A stretch of DNA of 44,803 bases, from positions 109,720 to 154,522 of the forward strand of contig NMRA01000116.1 in assembly GCA_002633005.1 (NCBI GenBank). The letters run 5' to 3'. The notes below the pieces were generated by a model that saw only the letters and a program-made list of their open reading frames with translations, made no database searches and was not told where the DNA came from. A program made the translations under genes and the position numbers. This DNA comes from Phoronis australis (taxonomy: Eukaryota; Animalia; Phoronida). Shown piece after piece: positions 1-11,734 of the stretch. Within the stretch, counting starts at the first letter, position 1. Every line of letters starts with the position of its first letter.

Positions 1-259
1 ATTCATGTTGTATTCTTAAGTGCTTAAAGCAAAACATCTGTGATTCTTAGCATTAACTATACTTTAAATTGGTTGTACAATTATTCCCTCACTGGGGTTC
101 ATAATGCACCGGAAGAGGTCAGTTAGTGGAAAGGTCATCAAAACATTAACATGTAATTACTCCTACAATTTTAAAGAATTTCTTTTCATATTGGTAAACG
201 GGGTTGCTGTCAGTAACTTCCCATAACAATTCCTTTAATACCCACGCGCAGAGTCCATT

Positions 260-998
260 ATTGTCACGCCGTGACAATAATCTTTCTAGTTATAGACTAT
301 TATTCCAAGTGGTTGGAGGTAATTTGTATGACCGACACAACAGCATCTCCTCGAGTAATTGCAGAAGAAAAAGCAGTGTTCACGTGCTTTGGAAAATCGT
401 ATCGGGCAATGATCCACCGTTTGATTCTGAAGCAATGAGGCGTTTTGCTGCAGGGTATGGTATTGTTCTTACCAGTTAGCCCTCACAACCCACAGGCTAA
501 TGGTCAAGCGGAAAGTGATGTTACAATTGCTGAGAAAACATTGCTACAGAACGATCCCGCGATGGCTTTGTTAAGCTATAGGTCCACACCAGTTTCAGCG
601 ACTGGTTTTAGTCCGTCCAAGTTGTTCATGGGTCGTGAAGTCCGAACTGACATCCCGACCATGCCCAATCAACTTCAGCCCCAGTGGCTAAACAAGGAAA
701 CCGTCTCGAAGCGCAGCAAGACTATAAACGTCAGTTCGACCAACTTCATGGTGTTTCACCTCTTCCAAATCTAGAAGTTGGCAGTAAAGTTCGCGTTAAA
801 CACGACGGCGAAAAACAATGGTCTCAGCCTGCGACTGTCGTACACGCGCACGGTATGCCGAGATCGTATATGGTACGTACAGAAGATGGTAAAGAATATC
901 GCAAGAACAGAAATATTCTTCAGAGCATACCGATACAACCATCAGGTATGCCGGAGAAAACGCATTTGTCGAATTCAAAAGTATCTCCAGCAGATTAA
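260..998 (+). pseudogene. Decayed Ty3/Gypsy LTR-retrotransposon integrase (frameshifted)
   Basis: Across frames it reads FLVIDYYSKWLEVI (from 283), IVSGNDPPFDS (degenerate SDNGPQF), SPHNPQANGQAE, ALLSYRSTPVSATGFSPSKLFMGREVRT, then PRSYMVRTEDGKEYRKNR. These are typical Gypsy integrase core and C-terminal motifs, broken by frameshifts. Confidence 0.9.
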
Positions 999-1468
999 TC
1001 GTCAGTCAGCCAGCAGACAGCTACGAATGTGTCATCTGATGTATCGTCTACTGTGGAATCTTTGAATCGCCCTACTGTCACAACACGATCAGGATGACAG
1101 GTCAAGCCGACTGTTTGGTCCAAAGATTATGTTTAGATTTAGGTACCACAATGCACCTAGTAGCTTAAGTGCGAAGCAGTGTTGGGTTAAGAATGACCCG
1201 CCTTGACACGACATTCCTGGGTAGTCCACCCCGGGTTTATAATTAGGCTTAGTTTTATAGAGTAATTGTTTAGTTGGTATTTTATAGTTACTTGTTTTAT
1301 TTAGATACATAATTTTCATACGACTTGTTTGCTTGCGGAGTAACGTATCGGTATTGGACTGGATATTTGGACAGTGACAGTTTATGCCATAGTGATATGA
1401 CATTGAGTACATGAGTACTTAGTTGAGACACTTGGACAATGGTTGTTTCTTTAACGTTGTTAAATCTC

Positions 1469-1558
1469 GGAGGGGAGATGTTCCATTGTTGTATGGCTTC
1501 TTGTTTAGTATTTTGTGTTTTTGAATAAAACTGCCAGACGGCGCTCAACAACAAAACA
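1469..1558 (+). mobile_element. Polypurine tract and short 3' LTR of the Gypsy element
   Basis: PPT GGAGGGGAGA (1469-1478) is directly followed by TGTT at 1479. There is an AATAAA at ~1524, and the segment ends in AACA (1553 or 1558). Confidence 0.65.
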
Positions 1559-2110
1559 CTTGGTACATTTTAAATATTAGAAAAAGACTAAAAAATTAAT
1601 TTGTGTTGATCTTGACAAAGGGCCACTTCCCAAAGGAACGTTGGTTTAAAATATGTTTCATACCTAGCTGTTTTCATTAGGCCTACTTAATTTGTCTTTA
1701 TTATACTCCTGTGTACTTGCTCTTTTTCATAACCGAAGCATCAAAACAATTAGTTAATTGTGAACCCATACCTGAATTTTCCAGATTACAGCTACACCAT
1801 AGGCCTACATGTCACAGCAAACAAAACTCCAATTGCCATTAGTTCAAGTTCAATCTTTATTTGAACTCAAATCATAAAACATACAAATGTGCCGAAATAT
1901 GGAGATAGCCAAACTGAAGATTTGGAACCTCTGGACAATTTTGGTTGCAGTAACTACATAACTATATTCTAGCTTTTCCTTACTCACAAAAAATGAAATC
2001 ACAGTCACAGCTCTTGCCCACGAACCAACCTCATCCACTGCTTGCACTCTCTCGTTTACTACAAAGCAAGCCATCTTAGTTGTCTTCACAGGTGTTCTGC
2101 TGTGGGTGAA

Positions 2111-2527
2111 CTTGGAATCTTGCTTAATTTCAAGATCGCGTCTGCATGAACTTGGAATACACGAGGAAAGTTTACGAGTTCACTCAAATAATCACGTTCA
2201 CGTTGATAAAAATTTGCATTGCACTAAATTGAATAACATGTTGATAAAATGACGTAAATTTTAACCAATCCTTTTTCAACTATTGGTGATCTTTTTCACC
2301 AAAGAATAATTGATTTAGCACTGAACGTATTCCGATTCTTAGACTAAAGTTGAACGCTAAAGGAGAAAATGGGTGATCATGAGGCCAATAATTATAAAAA
2401 TTCTTTACGCAGAGGAAAAAAACACATGATTGCACCATAGATTATCGACTATAGTCTATGATTGCACAAAAAGAATTCAATTCCAAGTTCACGCATACGC
2501 GATCTTGAGATTAAGCAAGATTACAAG
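2111..2527. mobile_element. Non-autonomous inverted-repeat element (MITE-like), ~48-bp TIRs
   Basis: 2111-2158 (cttggaatcttgcttaatttcaagatcgcg...) is the reverse complement of 2480-2527 with about 4 mismatches. Confidence 0.75.
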
Positions 2528-2561
2528 ACGCTACGGTCTCTGGTACTACTCTAGACAATGA

Positions 2562-2610
2562 CCATCGTCTCTATTCAGAATAGAGTCTCTATTCTGGATA
2601 GAGACGATGG
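2562..2610. repeat. Near-perfect 49-nt hairpin palindrome
   Basis: ccatcgtctctattcagaatagag-t-ctctattctggatagagacgatgg, with one mismatch. Confidence 0.85.
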
Positions 2611-2759
2611 CCTACAAAGTTCGGCAGACCAATTTACCAAGGTCCATAGCAGGACTTTGGGGTCTGTTCAGAGATAAATTCTTCCGTGAATTACAGACAG
2701 GAGAACCTAGAACTGCGTTGTTTAGACTTATGATTTTTTGAGTTTTAAACACACAAAAC
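2611..2759 (+). repeat. Dispersed repeat fragment, homologous to 44653-44803
   Basis: cctacaaagttc...ccatagcagga...ggggtctgttc...acagacaggagaacctaga...gttgtttagactt...taaacaca occurs at both loci in the same orientation. Confidence 0.85.
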
Positions 2760-2763
2760 GCTT

Positions 2764-2866
2764 GTTATCGGCCGACCAGGGCTCGGAACCCGATCAGGCC
2801 CGTCGCGGCTGGACTGACTCGTTATCCCGGCCAGTGGCTCGGAACCCCATCAGGCCCGTCGCGGCC
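2764..2866. repeat. GC-rich ~57-bp direct repeat, 2 copies
   Basis: gttatc...ggctcggaaccc(g/c)atcaggcccgtcgcggc is repeated from ~2764 and ~2821. Confidence 0.75.
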
Positions 2867-2988
2867 GCCGAGACTGGCACGAACATAAACCAGCTCGAGT
2901 TGGAAACTAGACCTCCAGTCAGGAAAAGACTATAATAGTGGATCCGAAGAAATAATGGGAATTAGACACAAAACTGAAAATCTACTTA

Positions 2989-3189
2989 CCGTAAACGCCC
3001 ATGCTCAGTTAACCGCCCACCCCCTACTTTAGGTGGATTTTCGATTTAACCGCCCACTGCTCAGTTAAGCGCCCACCCTGGATTTTTTGAAGTTTCACGT
3101 TTAAGCGCCCATGTCTGGTTAACCGCCCACCCCCGATTTTTTGAGTTTGCCAATTTAACCGCCCAGGATGTTAACCCGAACGTTTACGG
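2989..3189. mobile_element. Tc1/mariner-type MITE with TA TSD
   Basis: TA-CCGTAAACG...CGTTTACGG-TA termini, with about six internal ttaa(c/g)cgccca repeats. Confidence 0.8.
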
Positions 3190-3629
3190 TACTTGTCAGG
3201 GGCCGCGAAATCCGCGGGTTCCCCTTCCAAAGACCGCCAGGACAAATGTAACAATGATTACAATAATGTAATTGTATTTCTGAATAAAGATTCCTCCAAT
3301 ATGTGACCATAGACATACAATCGAGTAATTGTTTCACAACGGCATTGCAGGAAACATTGAATTGGCATGTACTCATACGGCCTCAGTCGGTGCCTGCATG
3401 GTCAATTACCTTTATTGCCGGCACCAAAAACCGGTAACGCAGTGGTTTATTCATTACTGGCTTCTCAACATTTGCACTCACAAATACTGCAAAGGCAAAC
3501 TATCTTATGAGACAGACTTTGTTTCAGTTTTATATAGGCATTGGTTAGGATGAGAATAATTCATTTTGAAACGGAACGTGGAATAATAAAAGTCTACATG
3601 GCAACTCGCCCGGCGCCAATTCCAATTAA

Positions 3630-4033
3630 GGTACCTAAACTACACGGTCAACGGACTCATAAACACAGGCACAGACCTGCAAACACGGTCCACTGAGTCA
3701 CAAACACAAGGAACCAATCGACTCACAAAACACAATCCACGCACCCAAATACACGGGACATGGACTCATATTCACGAGGAAACACGGTTAACGGACCGCC
3801 AAACACGGTTTACTGACAAAATGAAGATGTCAGCTGACCCATGTTTGGCGGTCCGATAACCGTGTTTCCTTATGAATTTGAGTCCGTTTCCCGTGTAGTT
3901 GGGTGCGTGGATCGTGTTTTGCGAGTCCGTTCCCGTGTTTGTGAGTCAGTGGACGGTGTTTGCAGGTCCGTGAGTCGTGTTCATGCGTCCATGCCCGTGT
4001 TTATGAGTCCGTTGACCGTGTAGTTTAGGTACC
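3630..4033. mobile_element. Foldback element with ~180-bp inverted arms (Kolobok-like termini)
   Basis: ggtacctaaactacacggtcaacggactcataaacac... is mirrored by ...gtgtttatgagtccgttgaccgtgtagtttaggtacc with a ~36-nt spacer. It is flanked by ttaa/ttga and has GG...CC ends. Confidence 0.8.
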
Positions 4034-4249
4034 TTGAATCCCGACAAAGTCTAGGCTGCCTAGACTTAGTCAAGAGCTCATCCCACGAAGACTTCATGGA
4101 TCGGATCGGTAGGTTTCACAGGCTATCAATTCGAACTGGAATACACTGATCAAGAAATACTTGAGAGGCGCCGTGAACATGCACAGGCAACGGAACGTAT
4201 GGATAGTTCTTTGCCTTTGGTAAGCCAATATTCGTCAGAGAAATCACAG

Positions 4250-4445
4250 TCGACGGGCCACAGACACGGAGATGTTTCACGGCCTCATCCTTGCTATTAA
4301 CAGCGTACCTTTCATTCTTCACAACCACGAGCCACTTCCTAAGCATTTCGGGTTCTTGAGGAAGTCGAAAAAACGATATACCAGCTTTCTTCGCAACTTC
4401 ATAGTTCGGACAAGCGGGAACGATGCACCGCGATATAGCATTCAT
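4250..4445 (-). pseudogene. THAP-domain (C2CH zinc finger) relic, probably transposon-derived
   Basis: MNAISRCIVPACPN...ISFFRLP...RKWL...LRVCG matches the THAP signature C-x4-C...F-x-x-P...W...RVC. The following HF is missing, so it appears disrupted. Confidence 0.75.
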
Positions 4446-5249
4446 TCTGCAGACGAACCACTGACGTCGCTGCGTCGTTTCTCACCTTCCTCACAGGTTA
4501 ACGCGACACCTCTCGGCGATGTGGATATAGACGATTAACTCTGAACAGCGCCTGTGAATCACCGAGTAGGCTACTGTCAATACGCACAGTCGTTTATCTT
4601 CAATCGTACAATGTTTGTAGTTTCTAGCTTAATAGTTCATCGATTTTTAAAAATCGATAACTAAACTTGGTTGTTTTTTTTTCCATCTGAATACAGCTTT
4701 GGTATTTGTTTTTAACGATAACTGTTGGTTAATGCATTTTTAAAATTCGCCCGTAGGCCTATGTACAGGCTGAGATCGAGGTGTTTACTACTGTTTAGGG
4801 TCGGATAATTACACTTATTTGGTCTTGCTGGCACCGGACAATGCGGTCATTGTAACTCAGTCCGACTCTGGCTCCACGCTCTCTTTAATACCCGGCCAGT
4901 AAAAGCCGCTCCGAAGGACGAGCGGTGAAAAGTCTATCTTTAGAAATGCGTGACTTTCCTGTAAGCGTATTATTCACGGCATGAATTCCAATAGAAAAAA
5001 ATAATTCATGGACCAGTCTCGCGAAACATCATTTTTGTGGTGTCCGAATTTGGCAGACTCCATCCAAATTTGAGTTTCCGCTCGTGTCCGAATTTCGTGG
5101 GTGTACACTAGGAACCAGTATTGTGGGTTCAGTCCTAGGTGTACATTATTTCGATGAGCGGTCGTTTTGTATCATCATTGCTGGCTCGGTCATTTGATTA
5201 CAGTATGATTGCTCGTCAATGAGACTCAAACGGTCTGCGCGATTAATTT

Positions 5250-5725
5250 TTGAAAAACGCCGGGATTTACCAATAAGAAATGTGCGTTGTCGACGCACAG
5301 AGAACGTTCCCGACAAATGTTGGTACTTTTTTTCAAAAATGCGCTTTCTCAATATGAAATATTCGGCTTGCATTGCCGATGCCCAAAAACCTTTCTCGGC
5401 AAGTGACGGCCGAATTTTTTTCCAAAAATGCGCTATCTCACTTGAAATATCGGGCTGCGTTGTGAAAAAAAGAGTGTTCCTGGTGACAAATATGGGCATT
5501 CCAATGAGTGGTTTGGTTTGAGTTGTTGACGCACTCCAAACAGCTGATTCTCTAGGTTGTAAAAATGTATTTTCTCAATAAAAATGTCGAGTTTGCGTTG
5601 TCAACACACAAAGAGCGTCCTGATAAGCGCTTTTTCAATATCTTTTCCTAATAAAAAGCTGGACTTGCGTATTGGACCCACAAAAAGGGTTCCCGGCCAT
5701 CAAAACTTGCGCTATCTCAATTGAA
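5250..5725. repeat. Degenerate ~85-90-bp tandem repeat
   Basis: aaaaatgcgct(t/a)tctcaat...gaaat...gcgttgtc recurs at ~5252, 5335, 5424, 5561 and 5703. Confidence 0.55.
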
Positions 5726-6078
5726 CCCACGTGATCACAGTTTCATTGAAGCACGTCAGTAGTTTCTTTGTTAGGTTAAACCCAGCAGTATGAGAGTGTG
5801 AGAGGAGTGTGAGACAGTAATTTTTGGCCGGTGGGCAAAAATGCTGAGTAACCGTTGTCAATGCATGTTTTTGTAGCGCTTCAAGACACATAACAGCAAA
5901 AATTACAAATGTAGTAAAAAGATGGGATGTAGCACTGCTGTACTATACATGACTTAAAGACCGATCGCATGGCCTCGGGCGCTGAAGTGAAAAGAAAATA
6001 TTTGCTCCAAGAACAAGCACCGGTGAAAGCTAAGTCGTTATCTTATCTTCTACTGAAACCAAATATTTGCATACTTAC

Positions 6079-6145
6079 TGTCAAGATCTCTGAACATGAC
6101 TTCTTTGGCGAAGCTGTAACCATCTTTACTAAGATAAGACATTTC
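6079..6145 (-). CDS. PROM1: Prominin-like paralog B, coding exon 5 (EMSYLSKDGYSFAKEVMFRDLD)
   Basis: Acceptor ccacag|, donor |gtaagt, phase 0 to 1. It continues exon 4 in frame and has the DLD motif of the first large prominin loop. The gene continues beyond the left edge. Confidence 0.85.
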
Positions 6146-7051
6146 CTGTGGCGAAATTAGAACACAACTGAAACTGTTGGCCTGAGGTGACATAATTTTG
6201 TGGTATTCATGATTTTTTCTCATGCTTGAATATAATTTTATTAGGTTTACATCTCATACTGCATTCAGATGAGTAATAAGAAGCTGGATGTGGCTGTCTC
6301 GATCAGTACTCGGAAAGCAGATCAGATGCTTAAAACGGGGAGCGTTCACTTATGAAGCGGTAGGCGTCCAATGTGCCCCGCTCTTGCGAGTAGAAATCGT
6401 GGTAACGTTTGCGTGCCAGATCTCCTGTGATCACCGCTCGACGAGCAAAGCCTAACCATAAATCCTGCCCTTTGTGCACTGGTTTCTCACAGTATGAAGG
6501 CAAATCAGACGACTGGCGGATGACACCAGTTTTGCATTATGATCGGAAGGCATCATGTGAACGTAGTATAAGTTTAAAGGTTTCACTGAACTTTAAACGA
6601 CGACTTGAATTGGGGTAATGTGTAAAACATACGATCGTCTATATGAGCCAATTGATCAACAAAAAGGTTTATCTCCAAGCTCTTCTTTTACAAAAATAAG
6701 GTTTGAACTGGTTCCGGAATAGAAAAAAATGGTTATACCAAATGTCACTTTCAGTCTGGTCAGTACCGAATGACTAATTGACAAGACACTGAAACATTAG
6801 AACTAAGAAACAATTACCCCTAATTTCGAATTTACAATGACGCAATTATTCTTGCAATCTGCGCATTAGGTAAGTACAGTCCTCATTGTTCTTAAGTTCT
6901 TGTATAAAGTCATTCATGCGAGCGAATTTCTCTGCAGTATGGACTCGACGGCATGTGGTCCAACGCCCCGCATAAACCTACAAGTTGTCGCAAGGCGATG
7001 GTTAACGGTTTGCTTAACACCGATAGTTTGCTACCCACACCAATGACTCAC

Positions 7052-7172
7052 GTTGACCGTATTGGCAAAGAATGCGTCTACATCTTGCATGGCTTTAAGA
7101 CCAAACTTGTCCGTCTGCTTCACCACATCGGGTATTTGACCACTTGTCACAAGAACACAGGCAGTCCCAGCT
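7052..7172 (-). CDS. PROM1: Prominin-like paralog B, coding exon 4 (end of TM2; AGTACVLVTSGQ...DVDAFFANTVN)
   Basis: Acceptor tttcag|, donor |gtgagt, phase 2 to 0, matching both neighbours. Confidence 0.9.
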
Positions 7173-7466
7173 CTGAAATTGAAGAGCAAACATGATAGGC
7201 ATAGGGCATAAACAATATTGCAAGAACAAACACATATTAAGAACATGTTGAACTCTTGGTGGTGACTACAAAAGTACTTTAATAAGTCGCTGGTACTGGA
7301 GTCGGTCATGCAAACGTTTAAAAAGCCAAAAGGTATTATATTCCAATAGGATATTAATGTTGATATTGAGCCGATTTTAAACGCAAATTGTCTCTTGTTT
7401 TGGTTCGATTTGATAACTGATTACTACATTTTATGTTGTATACATCGTTTGATAAAAATGTCTCAC

Positions 7467-7675
7467 AAGATGAAGACGACGCATAGACTCAGACAAATGC
7501 CGAAGACCAGTCGCTTGCGCAGGAAAAACTTGGAGAAATCCTGTTTCTTCTTGCCTCCACAGTTATTGCAACATCGGCAGCAACAGAAACAACAACCAAT
7601 CAAGGGGAAGAAGACAAAGAAGAGGCCTCCAATTAGGAACAGGATGGAGACACCCAGCAAATTCTTGGTCATAAG
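7467..7675 (-). CDS. PROM1: Prominin-like paralog B, coding exon 3 (TM1, Cys-rich motif, start of TM2)
   Basis: LLGVSILFLIGGLFFVFFPLIGCCFCCCRCCNNCGG is the prominin signature (PLxGxxFCxCRCCxxCGG). Splice sites tttcag| and |gtgaga, phase 0 to 2. Confidence 0.95.
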
Positions 7676-9312
7676 CTGAAATGATAACAACTCTTTGGTA
7701 ACTAACCGAAATATAATGCCACAATAGTAGCGATATCTGCTAAACCTGGACGGCAAAGATGACGGCTGAAAGAAAGATAATGGTATGTGCAGAACCGTGC
7801 TACTTATGAAAATTGACATCGTGGTCTTCAGCTGACAGGTCCGAAGCTTCGCATGGGTGTCGGGGTATGACATCCCTCATAATTGCCGATTTGGTAGCTG
7901 GCCAAGATGAACGGATATACAGAAAAAAGTCAAATGAACAGGTCCATTCAAATAAAAGTGGTCCAAATTTCGCAATAGAATGGCTTCATGTAGACTTTTT
8001 GTCACTCAAACCGGTAGAAGGAACTAAATTTTGATTTAAGGCCACTTAATTGTCATTATAGAACTGATTTGAAATTGTTCCTTGCTCAAGTGAGACTAAG
8101 CAATTTCTCCAAGATCCGCCGCTTTGCTAATGCTCGACACCCTGAACGGTGAATAAAATGTGATTATGTCAATTTGTAAAGCCTGGGAACAACCAATAAT
8201 GAATTGACATTTCCGTCCAAGCTCAAAAATCCCACTTATTTGACTAGGGAATAATTCGACACCAACTGAATAAAGGTAAGTGGTCATAATTCAACATTAT
8301 TTTTGTCACGAAAATCATGATTATAGCTGGTTTAGTTTTTTTGCTCACTGTTACAGTGTACGTCCAGTTTAAAAAACTGGCCCAACTTTAACAATAGCTG
8401 AATGTCTATTCTTGTGAAGAATGATAGCCAAGTGTGCACAGGGTGCATCGTATACAATGTGTACGTGGGCATAGATTCTGTGTCGACTTCCAAATTTACA
8501 CCTAGCAATCATTTAATGTAACACACTTGTGATTACCTACAGACTACAATTTCCAAAAAGCGACACTAAATTATTTACATGACGATCGGAAAGTGGTGGG
8601 TCGAGAAAACCTTTATAGAAAATAACGAACCCAGCGTAGAATTTTATCACGAACACCTGCTCTAATAAATTGTTAACTTAGATTGCGAGCTGAAGCTGAA
8701 TTTGTTTTAAAATGACAAGAAATACAAATACAATAGTTAGTAATCTAAGACATACACTTTACTTACGTCAAAGCACGAAAACCCTATAAGAATGCTATCA
8801 TTATTTTATTGAAATGTTGCCTTTCACAAAATTTTCATCAAGTTCTCGATTGTAAACATTTAAAATTATGCTCTCAAAATCTGTGTGCTCTTCTTTAACA
8901 CAAACTTCCAGGTGTATACGACTAAACGTCAAAATACAGCGACCGATTTTTTACTTCGAATTTTTACGAACAAGCTGTATATTGTTCCCCGGATATTATG
9001 CGAATTCAGTTTATAGACAGTAATGTTATCTATTCTATTTACATGTACTCATGAAATAAAACAAAATTGAAAAGGTGTATTGGTATTTTTCGGCTTTGTA
9101 CCAAGGCCATATCTCCGGAGTTTGTTCCGTGTTCTCGCTGTGACGTAAGATGGCACAAAGTCATGTTCAAGAATCATTTTACTGGTGGATAATCTGAGAG
9201 ATAGTATCGCTTTATTGTGAAGCTAAATAGTTATTAGAATCATCAGAATAGACAACTTTGGACATCACACCTAAAAGATGTTCGAGCGGAAATCACTAAC
9301 TAATGTACATAC

Positions 9313-9368
9313 CTCATACCACTGTGACTCACGGTAAAATGTCCCTCTCACAATTTCTTTTATGGCGT
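9313..9368 (-). CDS. PROM1: Prominin-like paralog B, coding exon 2 (DAIKEIVRGTFYRESQWYE)
   Basis: Splice sites ctttcag| and |gtatgt. The 56-nt, phase 1 to 0 exon exactly bridges exons 1 and 3. Confidence 0.85.
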
Positions 9369-9989
9369 CTGAAAGAGTACATGAGTTCAATGCCAGTTCG
9401 TAAAAGACTAGTTAGCAAAGCAACAGTACCGTACATCATTGAATAAAAAACGTTATCGCACGCAACAGGAGAAAATGCCAAGATGCAAATATTTCAATGG
9501 ATCGCAAGACACGGTTATACAAGGTTCAATCAGAGGGGGANGGTGCTTGTTGTATGACGGGAGGAACGTGGTTCAGTTTGAACAGCTATCTAACAGTCTA
9601 GGACTAAAACGCTCATGTTACTCCCAGGTAACAGTTTAACAGTTGTATGTCAGCCACATTGCTTATCCTTGCCATTCCATTAACTTAGTTTAGAACTTTC
9701 TTAACCTTTAAAGAAGTCCAATTTTTAGATACCTGAGCTCAAATGCAATCTACGTGACAGTGCCAGCTAAGTATATCATATTACTCCAAGAAGGAATTTC
9801 TGACTGACAATTAAAGGGAGTGTGTGAACCTGGGCTTCTGATTGAAAAGAAACCACATACAGATATTTCTTTAACTCCAGTTATTGTAGATTATATTTCC
9901 CTTAATAGACATTTTAAAAAAGTGTTTTGTGACATTTAATGCCAGTTTTCGTCCTTGAACCACAGAGAGACATGGAACAAGTTGCACTT

Positions 9990-10400
9990 TGTACGATCGG
10001 TATGAAACAAAACGGTGTCGTATGGAAACATAACAATTTTGCAGTTTTTAATAACGCTAACTAAATCATTAATATAAAAACTAAAAAAGGGTACTATAAT
10101 AGACACTGAGGAACCCATAGTCGACAGTTAAGAAATCTGAACAGTGACCTATACATATATACATTGTGTTCTGTCGGTGACATATGACCCGAACCACTCA
10201 CACTCCACACCCTTGATGCCATAGCTAACCAGCTTGTTCAGGAGACATCCATGATGGACCGTGTCAAAGGCCTTTTTAGGTCTAAAAACATGGCACATGG
10301 TGTCCTCTGTCGAAGCTGGCCTGCAAGTCATCTGTAACGTAAATGAGAGCAGTGGCTGTGGAATGCCCATATATAAAACCAGACTGACAACAATAAACAA
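9990..10400 (-). pseudogene. CR1/L2-clade LINE reverse transcriptase relic
   Basis: QSGFIYGHSTATALIYVTDDL, KKAFDTVHHGCLLNKL...GIKG...WFGSYVTDRTQ and FYINDL...MFPYDT (degenerate YADDT) occur in three frameshifted pieces. Confidence 0.9.
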
Positions 10401-10959
10401 TATGTAATCTTAGAGTGAACGAACCTCTTAAAAATTTTCGTAATTTTCTGTAATACCGATATAGACCTATATTTCCCGCACACATTTCGTTCACCCTTTT
10501 CAAAAACTGAAGAAATTCAGCTTTCAACAAATTTGCTGGTACTTTTTCTTATTCACCGCGAGTCGATGGTGCGGTATTTTTTTAGATTCCCACTTTTTCC
10601 AAAAAGAAAATCCGCGCGAAACGAGCAAAAATGGTGCAGGGTTCGTTTTTAGTTTTTACTCATCGCTTGGCAAATCATGATGTTCCAAACCTTGCTTACT
10701 CTTGCTTCCATACATGTGTGCATCTTCTCAACTACAATTGATGCGGGTGAGCCTTTTTTAGTCGATGAGCGCATGTCACCAAATGAGTCTGAGTACAGAC
10801 CATAACCACCAATGTTTTTGACCTTACATCGAATCTTACTGTGAAGTTAAATCGTTGCTGGCGGAATGTGCAAAAATATTAAGGAAAACAAAAATTCATC
10901 CAAGAAAGGTTTAAGAGCCCAAAACCTTAAGTTCATATCACCCAACTAGGCCTACTTAC

Positions 10960-11203
10960 CATAGGGGAGATCACCTGGAACCGCAGTGTAGATTAGACTC
11001 TGGGCCAGGTTAAATAGTGGCCTTAATCCTCTGTCGTCGTATGCATCATCGTACTTGTTGTAGGAAAGCTTTCCTTTGAAGTCCACCCATGTGATCTTAC
11101 TGGCTGCGTCTGCGGTGTTGCCGTAGCTGTCCGAAACAGACGCCGAGAAAACAGAATTCGATGCCACGATAAATAAAGCCAAAAAAGCGACCGATAACCT
11201 CAT
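10960..11203 (-). CDS. PROM1: Prominin-like paralog B, first coding exon (signal peptide and N-terminal ectodomain)
   Basis: Signal peptide MRLSVAFLALFIVASNSVFS; GLRPLFNLAQSLIYTAVPGDLPY resembles the prominin N-terminal motif. Donor G|gtaagt, phase 1. An acceptor ttttccag| at 11221 implies upstream UTR exon(s). Confidence 0.9.
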
Positions 11204-11502
11204 TTCCCCATCGGCTTAAACTGGAAAATAAAGTGGAGAGTTCGAATTCGCGTAATTTCAATATTAAAGACAAGGACTGAGAACACTCTTTCCAAGTACT
11301 GTCAGCCATGAACACACTTTAAGCTACTGGTGCCGTGAAAACAAACATCTTCTACACAGAGTCCTCGATGAAACTTCCCTAAAGAGCTCTTCAGCAGTGT
11401 TTTCCAACTTTCACGATGCGGATCACTTACCGGGCTTGCTATCGAGGGAGAAGCGGACGTTTGACATAATTCACTGCAGATACTTTTGAAAAGTATCTAC
11501 TT

Positions 11503-11661
11503 TTGAAAAGTATCTACGAAGACGAAAAGGCATGTGTCCAGCTCCAATCAGAGAAACGTGAGATTTCTACGATAGGAGTAAGACAAGGATGCCATTCTCC
11601 CTTTTTGTTTTCTCTGGTTGCAAACAACTTGGAAAAAAAAACTGACGACGAACAGAAAAAC

Positions 11662-11734
<73 letters not shown>

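Noticed and set aside
7800-7897. Possible prominin B exon between exons 1 and 3
   Set aside because: It has stops and no suitable donor, and 9313-9368 already supplies the required phase 1 to 0 exon.
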